A stretch of 64,000 nucleotides of DNA from Balanoglossus misakiensis (taxonomy: Eukaryota > Animalia > Hemichordata). The DNA lies in assembly GCA_040954595.2 (NCBI GenBank), contig CM082576.2, positions 4,252,760 through 4,316,759 on the forward strand. The letters run 5' to 3'. Shown here in pieces: positions 36,401 to 48,100 of this stretch (positions are counted from its first letter, which is position 1; each line of letters opens with the position of its first letter). Both the position numbers and the translations under genes were made by a program. Under the pieces are notes generated by a model that saw nothing but the letters and a program-made list of their open reading frames with translations, made no database searches and had not been told where the DNA came from.

Positions 36401-39400
36401 AATATGATGATATACAAGTTTTTAAAGACCGCGATGATATCGTCAATAATTTTATGCAATGTTTTCCCCGCGTTTGGTTTCTCATTTCTTTGCAAATTGC
36501 ACCTGATTCTCTCCAACTGCTGAATATTCAACGTGGTATTTTTTTTGCGAGTCGTAATGAAGCCTTATCTATGCCCGGCAAATGAATTCCGTTCTGGCAA
36601 TGAATTCTGTCAGTGTAACAAACTTGCCTACTGTTCTCGATACAACTAGGACGAATCAATCTTTACCCATAATCCTTAGAGATGCATACAGGCAGGCACA
36701 AAGTTGATGGGAATTCCAGCCGGATTTTTTTCTACCAGGTATCTTGCCAAATGTATGGAAAACTAATGGGATAATCATAGATATAGTAAAAGTATAAACG
36801 TCTTCACTAACAGTACATTGACATTGCTTTCAGTTTTATTTTTAGTTCAGCTAGCCTACATATTTATGATGAAATACATACTGTAAATGTAATAGAATGC
36901 GGCCAACACTTTAGAGATATAAATGCTGAAGATGGGTGGCGAATGCAAGAAATGAAATTATTTGGTTACCGTGGATATTTGTCTTCTTAAAATAATCCAG
37001 TGTGTCTGAATTTTTTTACAAGTGACTATAAACCAATATGCTGATCACCTCCAGCGTCCATTTATAAGTAAACTTATTTCTACATAGTAGGAGAAAACGG
37101 AGACATGTCTCCATACTGGAAAGGCTGCAGATGAGCAGATCTCCTTGCCATATTCCCTTGGTAGTATTTCCAAATGTAATTACAGGGTTTGTCAAATGAT
37201 TTTACATGTGGAGGACTCAGAAGACAAGAGTCAGACATCATGTTTGACTGATCATACAAGCACACTGGACACTACGGTATTAGCCGAGACATGATCTTAA
37301 TCCCGGTGACCTGCACACAAATGTACTCGCAGAGTTGACTTGGGCTCCCTGAGTCAACCCAGGCTTGATCGAGCCAAGGTGACTCAAGCCGTAAAAGCAA
37401 AGTTAGTTATATGTGTCTGAGATTTCACAGCCAGTTGAAACGGGGGGAAAAATGCATTACCGGGAAAAATATGGCCTGGGATGTCAGTGTGGAGGAGCTG
37501 GCCGTGAGTCAAGGCAATCACGATTGACAAGATAAAAGACAAGATACACTCCGCTGGATAGTCTTTCCCATCTTCTTTTAATTCAACCAGTTTCATAATT
37601 ATCACATTCCAAATGACAAATGTTGTGAAAGTGAGCTTTTTGTGCAAATTTCCGCAGCTTCGGGGGCGCGTATATGTCAGGGTTTTCGATAACCTCCACG
37701 AGCTAATAGGCGATACCGTGATGAGTATTTTTTACTCAATGCCCACATTTGTAAATCTTTTAATAATTGATTACTGGAATGACACAATGCGTAATTGAGT
37801 CGGGATAGATGTGTTGTTATATTATACGGTCTCATTTTCAAAATCACTTCTCATGTAGTGCGCATCAGTCATGATAATCACTCTTTCCGTGTTTTATGTC
37901 GGGCTGACTCGAAACACGATTGTGAGTTTCGACATGACAAAGTGATCTGCGAAAAAGCATCCATGTTAGTTAGCAGGCCATCACCGAATCTTTGATATAT
38001 ACCTCTCATTTCTGCGTTGAAATGCGGAGGTGTGTCGCGTAAATGCTCTCACCGCGGAAAACAATCACTTTCATGTGAAAATTCTCATACGGGCGACCCA
38101 ACATCTCTGCAAAGGTAATCTAAACAAGCGCCATTGATGCAAAATTTCCACAGTTGAATTTGCATGCAAATCGTTCATTTACAAATGTGAGAAAATTATT
38201 AAAGTTTTCGATCGATGTAACAAGTACGTTACACGCTGTGGCTTTTCACAGCAAGAGAGCAAAAAATCACCCCAGTGGACCGGGGACTCGTTTGTCCTTG
38301 CCAAACCTGTGTAAAACACGGTGATATGAATAAAACACTCCCATGCAAACTTTCACTTCCGCACGACAGCAGAAACAAAATTCCACCGACATTTCCACTG
38401 GGGACCGTGCAGGAAGCTATCTGCGATATAAACGCATTTGATCCCGCTACGCCGCGTTGAACAGAGTCAGTTATTTACATAAGAGTAACTCAGCTGGGTG
38501 TATGAACTGATTAAAGGGAAACGCTACTCAGTATCACCGCTGGGAGAGCTTTTATTCATAAATATATTCATAATGTAAACAACAGGTGAGGTCCCAGCAG
38601 AAGTTACTTAACCGTCAGCGGAACTTTTTTTGTTTATTCAACACGGAGACAGAGCCGTGTCGTGAAAACAACAGACGGGAAAAACAAATCACTCATGTTT
38701 ACGCTTAAATTTGTGGAAAATTAGAGACATTTCCTCAAAGCCAGTTGCAAACAATGGATTCTTTCTAAAACTATCAGTCATCTTAACTATTACATCAAGT
38801 GATATTTTCAGCCACAAAAAAGCAAAAACCAGTACAGTAATTCTCTAAAAAACTATATCCTAGCCAAAAATATTATTATGTTATGAAAATGTTATACGAG
38901 AGCTGACTTAAACAAGCCGCAAAATGCAAAAATTGCTCAGCTATGAATTCCTACTACAACCTTGATGTTGTCATGGTGACTATTCATCACTCAACTCTTG
39001 TCAACTCTAATTACCTGAGATTTGGAATGTAACTTTTGGTCTGTAAAGTGTAGGAATTCAACCTCCAGCAGGTTGCTATGACAGCACGGCTAAATACCTA
39101 TTTCTCATAAAGAGGGCGTGTTCTTTTAATTTTTTTATTCATTTTTGAGAGTATAACTTCAAGAGGGAGAGAGTGCAGAAGGTGAAGAGGATACTGTCAA
39201 CATTTTCAAATGAAATATTCTCTCTCTATGCTACTTTGATAAAATATCAGTCTGTTTTATAGAAGTCCGTTTGACAGATCTTGAAGTGACAACTTAGGAT
39301 AGTAAGCATGCAGGCATGTGTACTTGGAGGTCAACTGTACAATTGAATCGTATTGATCGTGACATTACGTTTGTATGCTGGTTAATGTGAACTTGTCAGG

Positions 39401-42400
39401 GGTTTAATTCTTTTGTGTCTTTAGTCGTTAAGCATTTTAATTTGTGCCTACCACTTTTGTTTGCGATTTCTTTTTCTTGAGGATGTGTGAGTATTTGTGA
39501 TCTGACTGCAGGGTATCTCAGAGATAATTTTTCTGGCATTATTTTTGTATGAAAAAGTAATATCATTGAGTTATTTTTAGTAGACATGGAACTTTATCAA
39601 AGTGTATGACCTAGGTTCAAGCTATTTTCAGCGGGTGAGATAACAAAAATTATTTCCAATGTGAAATAAAAATAATATTGCACAATAAGATGTTATGAGA
39701 TCATCATTACTATGAGTCCAGATTTGGTCAGAGGAACATGTATCAGACAAAGTAATTCAGATATTAACTTGCATGTCTATTTTCTTGTACCATAGGTTTG
39801 ATGTCACAAAATTTAAGTGTTCATCTTCCCATGTACCAAACATGTACATCTCGCCGTGCAAAATATAAGGTGACATTTTACTTGTTTTTTTCTCTCCCCT
39901 TTCCCCCACAACACAACCTTAACAGTTTGTTCAATTTAATCTTCAGCAGAGTTCACTTGTTTGCCATTATTTCCCCTAAGTTTAACATCATTTGCATCAA
40001 CCTTGAGTGGATTAAACTTAATGTAAAAAATATCAAAGCAGTCTTCGTTCGTTTTCTGAGAGATCAGCTGAATGCAGTGTTCCCCTCGTGGCTTTTATTG
40101 AGGCTAATTGTTGCGTTACAAAAAGTGTCCGGTTAAAGCTCTTATACCATTTTTAGAAAAACAAAATCCCCTGGAAGTACCTTGTAAGTTTCTTTGAAAT
40201 CTGAAAGAGCTATGCAAATAGGGAACATGGTAGTAGTAATGGGAATAGAAACAGGAAGGCGAGACAACATTAGACCGTATTCAGAAGAAAAAGCCAGCGT
40301 CCTGTGTCGTGGCATTTCGGCGGGGTGAAATAACAAATATATACTATAGCGAAGTGTTGAATACTGTTAAAGATGGTTAAAAAAAAGGGGATGAAGATTT
40401 GTAGCAGGCCAGCAGAAAGGGCAGTTATCCAGACAATGAAGCTGACGAAAAAACCCAAAGTCACCTGCTACGACATGCAATTTGTTTCAATTATGACGAA
40501 CACGGCTACAAAACGCGAGCATTGCACACCTGAGTTTACAAGTTCTCCCGTATTTGTCCCATTTTTCATGGCATAGCTGGTGACGAAATACAGCTGCCAA
40601 AACCGTCGCACGACAGATTCCTTTGCAAGACATCTTTCTCTCTCTCTCACTTTCTCTTTTTTTCTTCACCACTTAGCATGGGCAGTGCAAAATGGCCCCT
40701 TCAATTGCGCCTAATTTATTGGGTCTTTCTTCACAGGAAAGTAAATGGCACCTAGGACTCTATTCTTCCTCTAACAAATGCAGATAAGCACATTGTAGTG
40801 GGCTTACACCCGAGTTGTTAAGTATTAGTTTGGGAATTTGAACTGCTCATAGCTATAAATACTCATTTTCTACAGTATCCTGTGCAGCCCGTGTACCTGC
40901 CGCACTACGGAGGGCAGGGAAATGAAGCTACAATCGATGCTTCTGAAGTAAAAGCTGCGCGCTAAACGAGATTACGGGCCAGACCAGTCCCCCAAGTAAC
41001 AGTTCCATCCATCTCTCGATGCAATTAGACTCAAATTGGAAACTTTACTCCTCACACTTAGAGACAGATACTTCATGTGCCGTGCCGTGAAATGTCCACC
41101 CCTTAGAGAGACAGAGAGCGGCGAGAGCCGAGATTTTGAATCGACTGTGGTACGGTTCATGAAAAACTTACTGAAATCAATATATGCAGGCGTATTTGAG
41201 TGTGTTACTTGGAGCAAACAATTAGAGCTTTATTAGAAAAAAAATGCCAACAAAATATTGGCACATTAAAGAAAGGGAACCATGGCTAAAAGATAAAAAA
41301 ATGATTTTTAATTCTGAAGTAAAATTAATTAGCCTACTGTCACTTTTTTCTACAATAAAATATTCCGGACGAAATGGTGCATTATAAAACATATGAAACA
41401 TACTGTCTTACTGTATATCTGATTTTTGATTGGCACAGAGGCATTTTTCGGATTTGATCCAAGACCTTTCCAGTTTGATGCCGCCCATTTTTGATTTACA
41501 TCATTAATTTGCCAGAAAATTAAATAATCAGTTCAGAGATTTAGGAAAATCGGTCTTTACATTAGCATCACGAGTCAGGATTAGAGCTTGACTTTATTTC
41601 CAATTTGCAAGGGATTAATTAAAAGTAAAATGCAACACCCCAAAAACTACCACCAGAATTTGTTCCCCAGTAAAGCACAGTTTTTTAGTCGCAGAACACC
41701 GCAGCCAGAAACCCCAAAAGTTTCCTCTTTACTGATGGAAGGAGTTTATGCCTTAAAAAACAAGCCAGCCGATGACGTCTGGTGATTCAGCTGTCCAGCT
41801 CCTTCGCAGAAACAAAACAATCTGCGAGTATGCAAAGCGAGGGGAGATAAGAAAATTGCCAGATTACTCCGAAGATGCAGTCATGTGAAATATTACATTA
41901 AAAAGTCTGTTTCTTATGGTAATGAGGCCGGGACAGTAGAGCAACGTTTATGTGGATAGATTCCCTTAATGCGATAACTGTGCTGAATCTTGCCTACGCT
42001 TCACATAAATAACATCCATGCATAATCATAGGCTTGATAAACTACCACGCTTTATTGTCTGTCTGCTAATTTACTGGAAAGTCATCCTCTTTGTCTTGGA
42101 TATTTACGATGGAGCGATCAGCAGAAGAGATAGATATTCAGCCGGATCAGGTCTTCTCTCAATGACTCTAGATGTCCGCTCAATTTCTACTTGTAATTGA
42201 GTCTAAACCGAGAAAACACTGACAATATCGTCTCCGCAGAACCCCGTTCTTCTGTTTCAAATTAACCCTATAAACATTGAGTTTCAGCTGAATAATGGTC
42301 GTGTTAGTCAATGATCTCCTTTAACCAAATGGCATTACTGTAGTACAACCTTTTTTTCGCACAGAAAATGTTTTTCCAAACCTCAAAAAAGAATTACCAA

Positions 42401-43780
42401 ATTAAAATGAGCCCAGGTTTTTTACTTTTATCCATCGATAGCAGCATTTTTTTCCGTTTGAATTTTTTTGATTCCACACATTTTTGCAGAGGCCCAATTA
42501 ATACACTGCACCTGCTTGTATTCTTAAAATATCAAAGCAAAAGTGAATTCAAATTGCTGTGGGATAATGTTCACAATGGAAAATTCCTAACAAAAAGCCA
42601 AGAATCATTGTGAATGTCAAATGTTTTTATTAAGTTCATCTGTAAAATTGAACAAGAGTACTTTGATGATGATGTCATCAGTATGCAAATGACTGCAGCC
42701 AAGATCAAAAAGATTATTATTTCCTTTACTTTGTCATTTCCATATAGACATTTTGGTTACAAGCAACTGCAGGTCATCTGTCAAAACAAATGCAACTTGG
42801 GAATATTAAATCAAAAGTGCATCTCTGTGCAATTTGGAATAATTCTCTAGCACTTGATTTAATAAAAAAAGGAATTCTTATAAAGAATAGTCAAAAATCC
42901 TCCAGTTCTTATCCAAAATCCAGTAAATTTTTAAGAATTTGAAAACAGTTTTTGCAACACCAGAAAGCACAGATTTACGGGAAAACTAAATTATTGTCAC
43001 ATATGCAGTGGTTTACGGGTTGATGGTTAAGAACAGTGGGGAAGCAACTGCAAACTGGGTGAATCATTTCGTATAGCCTCAAGTACAAAACTGCAAGTGA
43101 TATCAAAGGAGTTATGGCTACAATAGTGTCAGTTCAATAGTTCATTATTTATATTACATATGACTGATTGGGAAATGCCAGTTTCAAAGGAAGATTCTAA
43201 TCGGAAAATAGTCGGTAATTTTAAGCTATTCACGAATGAAACTGGCTCCATTAAGTTTGGTCGCAAAGTTTCAAAAATTTCAATAGGGCAGTATAAACAT
43301 ATTAAAAGGTATTATGGACCTCTGAAGTGCGTACTGAAGTTTTGTTAGAATAGATTGCGCTGACTTGTTTGCAGAGTACGGTTTGCTGAGATTTTAGATT
43401 CACTGAGTTTCAGCCACAACTTCGAAAGATGCCAATAATTGGCCAAATCTTGCCAACACCGAAATCAATAATTTGTAACTGCAGTATCTCTCGCTACCTT
43501 CCGTTATTTGTCTCGTTTTTCTTCAAATCGAGGCAGTTTCTACCCCCGCGTTTTCGAAGCCTGTGCCAGCTTGTTACAGTGACAGTTTTACCTGAAGGGT
43601 ATACAACTATTCATCTTTCCACCTCACTGCTATTTCAAGTGTTGATCAGCTGACACTAACGCCAAAAGCTCTTGTTGAAAACACCCTGTTGATGATGTTC
43701 TACACTTGTAACTTCCATTGGTTTTGATCACACAAACAACTTTATCAATTCCAAGAACTGAACTGGCGGCCCTTCATAAT

Positions 43781-43792
43781 CCCCCCCCCCCC
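43781..43792 (+). repeat. poly(C)12 tract
   Basis: Seen directly. Confidence 0.9.
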
Positions 43793-44699
43793 TTTAAAGT
43801 TGGAATACCATGGTCTCTAGGCAACACCAACTGTATAACAACGTGGGGAGATTTGGTGTCATTATTTTATAGCTAATGGGTGCGTGTTCAAGTGACTTCA
43901 TTCCTCTAGTCAGTCGTAACTACCATTTTTTCTCCCTGTACAAATTCTATATAATTCCCATGCATCGGCAAATGAACTGGAATAACAAATTAAACTTCGA
44001 TATGAAATACAAAATGAGATTATCGAAATTCTCTCCATAATGTAGCATAGTGATACCAATTGTAATTTATTTTCTTACACACTGGAGAATAACAATCATA
44101 TTACTGCAAGGACTCGCATATAACTCAAAAGAGCCATTTCTTCTGAAACATGAAAGAAATCTGATATATCTCACAACCATTTTTTATATCCATGTAATCT
44201 GCATATGAACAGTAGATACAAAGTGAATTCAAAAATAAAATGTTCTTTCTTTTCTGGAAGATTTCAGTTGTTTTCTGAGGGTATTATTTGTATTTTATGC
44301 TTTTTTTTCCGGCGTTTTTTTCACGGTGCTGTTGACATAGATGAAGTGGAAACTGCTTTAAAAAATGTGTGGGACATTTTTCACTTTCTTACTAAGTTGA
44401 AAGTGAAAGAAACTAACTTTTAGGGCTCCGCAGAGATCTCGAAATGAATGGCTATGCCCGATATAAAACAAATCTTGTAGATCTTTGACCCCTCCTCCGA
44501 GTTTGACCATATATTGTTTGTGCCACATATAAAGCTGTTCCGTTTTAGGTACACCAATGGTCCGCCCTGTCTGACACTTAACCCCAGGCAAAGAGGCCAC
44601 TGACACAGTTGTGTGCTCACAGACCCAACATACGACTGAAAAGTACGCCCATTGCAAGCACTCCTGTCTGGTTCAACACCGTACTTTGTGTTCATCAAC

Positions 44700-45089
44700 A
44701 TGTAATCATTCCGCGCTCACATTTTGCTTCAGTGTACATTAATTGCCCTACGTGTGTTTCTTCGCGTCCGACTGCATGCGCACAAACGGCGATTTTTGGC
44801 GACAGACGCGAGGATCGACTATAGCTGCATGCAGCCACCAAAGGGTGAATGAAAACTGGTGCCCTGCAGAACCATTAAAGTACACGTGATTTGTCTTCGT
44901 CGGTCGTCAGCGCAGGCGCACACACCCCTGTGACATGGCCACTGTTTCTCAGATTCTGTCCCGTCAATGAAGAAACCCACAGACTGAGCTACTACTTCTT
45001 TTCCTACAGTAACAATGTACCTTTAAAGCTCTGACCCACTCCTCCTCCCTCTGCACCCATGCATAGATCTCAAGGTATAACTTCGCACC
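44700..45089 (+). promoter_or_regulatory. Putative promoter / 5' UTR of exon 1a
   Basis: Locally CpG-rich. NRF1-like motifs TGCATGCGCA (~44773-82) and GCGCAGGCGCA (~44910-20), E-box CACGTG (44883-88) and TACGTG (44749-54) lie directly upstream of the candidate start codon. Confidence 0.5.
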
Positions 45090-45136
45090 ATGATGGATCC
45101 GATGCCAGCCGGTGTGAAGGCAGAGGACAGAGAACT
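45090..45136 (+). CDS. NPAS3: Candidate first coding exon 1a of the NPAS1/3 gene ([15 protein letters not shown])
   Basis: Good initiation context gcACCATG, in-frame TAA upstream (45078-80), consensus donor CT|GTAAGT (45137). It ends in phase 2, matching the bHLH exon, and lies within a CpG-rich promoter-like region. Confidence 0.7.
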
Positions 45137-48100
45137 GTAAGTCACCACGTCACACAGTGCAACACTTTGATAAAAAATGGGCGTTCTATAAAGTCAGTTA
45201 AAGTTCACACGGGATTACAGTAGTTGTACTCCCTTAATTCCCAACTGCATGCAGCGTTTTTATAACATTTCGCCGGCGAATAAAAACCCTCCCGTACACC
45301 ATCGCACTTTTAACGGTAACATGATCATGAACTTGGTTGATGAGCCGATCTCGCTCGGAACAGAAATACTCACGGTTTTTGTTCCTGCGTTCGGTTCCGT
45401 CTGCCTGGACAAGTCTGCAGTTCTCACAGCCGAGCTGAGCGTGTGATACTGAATTGAAGTGTGTATGTGAAGGTGGTTTTGTGTCACCAGTGTACATGTT
45501 CACATGTACAAGCCTGTGAGTGTGTTGGTGTGCGTGTCATGGCGTACGTTTAACGTATCCCTAAACACACACACGCACACACACGCACTGGTAGAGTGAA
45601 ATCATATTACCATGACATCATCAAACAAGCTTGATGTGTGGCAGCAATATAAAAAAGATGGTTTATAATAAACGCAGGCATTTGGTTCATAACGATTCTG
45701 TGCATGTGCATGTATATTCTCAAGTTGAATTCAAAACACATTTGGCTGGCAGTCTCTGAAAATGTGATTATTCTTTTTTTTTCCAATATCCATTTTTCAT
45801 AAATCCTTTTCAGTGTGTTCACCCACAGGCCATTAGGTACTGTTAGTGAACCCAGGGAGTCTGTCATTCAAACCCCAGCATTGTAAGGCAGTACCGGTGT
45901 AAAGTCTTTCTTTTAACTTTGCACTAGGCTCAATAAAACAAAGTTGTTAAATTTGTGCATAATGGGTACATTACCCTCAAATGCGTGTGTGATCTGTGAC
46001 CTGAAAATTTTACTCTGATAACCCTGCTGGTTCCAGATGGCTATTATTAAACATTACAATTCCAAGTGCAAGAAAAAAAAATGACAGTGATGCTGGTTCT
46101 CTCTTGATTAAACAACTCGTTTCCTTCTTTTCTGTCAAGGAAATTATCCTTTGCTTCATTATTTATTAAATTATGTTTTATAACTATAAGTGGAACATAT
46201 ATATATTTCAAAATCCATTTTTAATGGTGAAGCTAATTATTTTTCATTTTCTATAGCAAGCATTAGTACCTGCAGACTGCTGAAGAGTTAAAACTTTTTT
46301 TAGAAGCGATTAAAACCACTAACATGTAAAAAATCATGGATGTCATTTATGATTTGCTACGCTGTCTTTTTATTAACATTTATGTTTGATTTCATTTTAT
46401 GAAAGTATATAAAGTGCTTAACCCTATCAACTCCATGGTATGGTCCATGCCTATTGTTTTCTGTGTTAAAATTGGATCTCTACAGAAGGAAATGGGGGTG
46501 AAAGGATTAAATGGTAGATGAATACATTGTAAAGCAGGGACCATATCAGATTTTCTGTAACAAACATGTGCCTTACGTACATAAGACAGGCATGTAAGTG
46601 AAAGTTAAAATCAGTCTGGGACCAGGAAATTGCCAACGCTGTGTCTTTTTTGTCAATCTTTTATACTTAAAGTTGTGAGAATCTATTTCTGAGTTGTGTA
46701 CAGATTGATATCCATATCCAAGAGCATTTGGCATCTAAATTGGGAATTATGTAGGAACTGTACTCTTTCTCTTCAAATTAAATTACATTCCCACTGGGAA
46801 ATTTGTCACATTTTGGAAGCATTTTTTTTTCAGGGCACACTGCAGTGTGTGTATGTGTGTGTGTGAGAGAGAGATTTTTTCCCAGTTGTTGTGCGGTTAT
46901 AACTGGCTCTGTAATGAGGTTCAACTAGTTTGAGATGAAAGGTTCATTACCTGATTAGGAGATGACATCCCTAAATAGCGTACCTCTTGTGTCCCGCAAT
47001 TCCCTTCTCTTGTCTGGGGAGCGACTCCCGTCTAATGAAGCCTATTGCCAAACACAAGGATGCAGTATTCTTCAAGCACGCTAAATTTTTCCCATTGTCA
47101 TGATTTGGAGGGAAAAAAATTATGCCGCAAAATATAACCCCCCGGAACTCGCTGATTGTTAAGAAGTATATCGACATTGACATCAGAGAGGGTGCGATAG
47201 CTTCGTCGCTTTGTTTATTCGTTTGTAGTCGGTTAAAAAAAATGTCGCTTTGTGATGACTGGGCAGAAGACATTGAGGGCCTCCATTAGCGTTAATTGAT
47301 GAATCAATTTAGAAGGCAACGGATGGAGCCTCATTACCACTGACAGGTTATCCTCCCCAGCCTACAATGGTACACGCCAGACCAGTGAACCTGACATTGT
47401 CTAGGGAGGTCACGTTAGGTGGCAGGGAAGGTGAATACGATTAGGTGTAAGAGAAAAGTGATAGATCCGCCCCGTGGCTTCCCAGCTGCTTCCATGCTGT
47501 CCACCCCGCCGCACGATGGAATCCTCCAAAAAGCGGAACAAAATGCATATATGACTAAAGTATAGTTTTAGTTCAGTGGAAGATGTTAACTTGCCTGGAG
47601 AGGGAGGCTAGGCAGGCCAGCCGACAGGAAGCAGACTATTACAGCGCGTCGGCCTACAGGCCTATGCAGACACCAGATCTGGTGGAGAATTTGTGGTAAT
47701 ATCAGTGATATCTCCTTCTTCTTGTCTTTTTCCTGTTTTTTTTAAATATTTTTTTTATCTCCCACTATAAATTGTAATTTGTGTGTTTTGTGTGTGGTAC
47801 CACGAAGTTTCTATGTATTCCCAGCATGTTACAAATACCCTCTTGTATAAGAATTAGCTTCTCAATGTCAGGAATATCAACTAGTGCGATATTTTAATTC
47901 TACAAGTTGTCTTGTTAGTGTTTTGAACCAAATCTGAAATTCTTTTCGTTCTTTGACAGCGTACAGATTTGCCCAAAACCAGCTTGGGTTGAAATTGTCA
48001 GATGAATCTATTTTCATGTTCCTATAGCAGTGAAGTGTTTTTTTTAAGTTGCCATCCCTCCCAGATTCCACGCCATAAAGATGCAATTTGTGATTTTCAT

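Noticed and set aside
47941-48030. Strong-looking + strand acceptor (tcttttcgttctttgacAG) as a cassette exon in intron 1
   Set aside because: The phase-2 frames hit stops before any credible donor.
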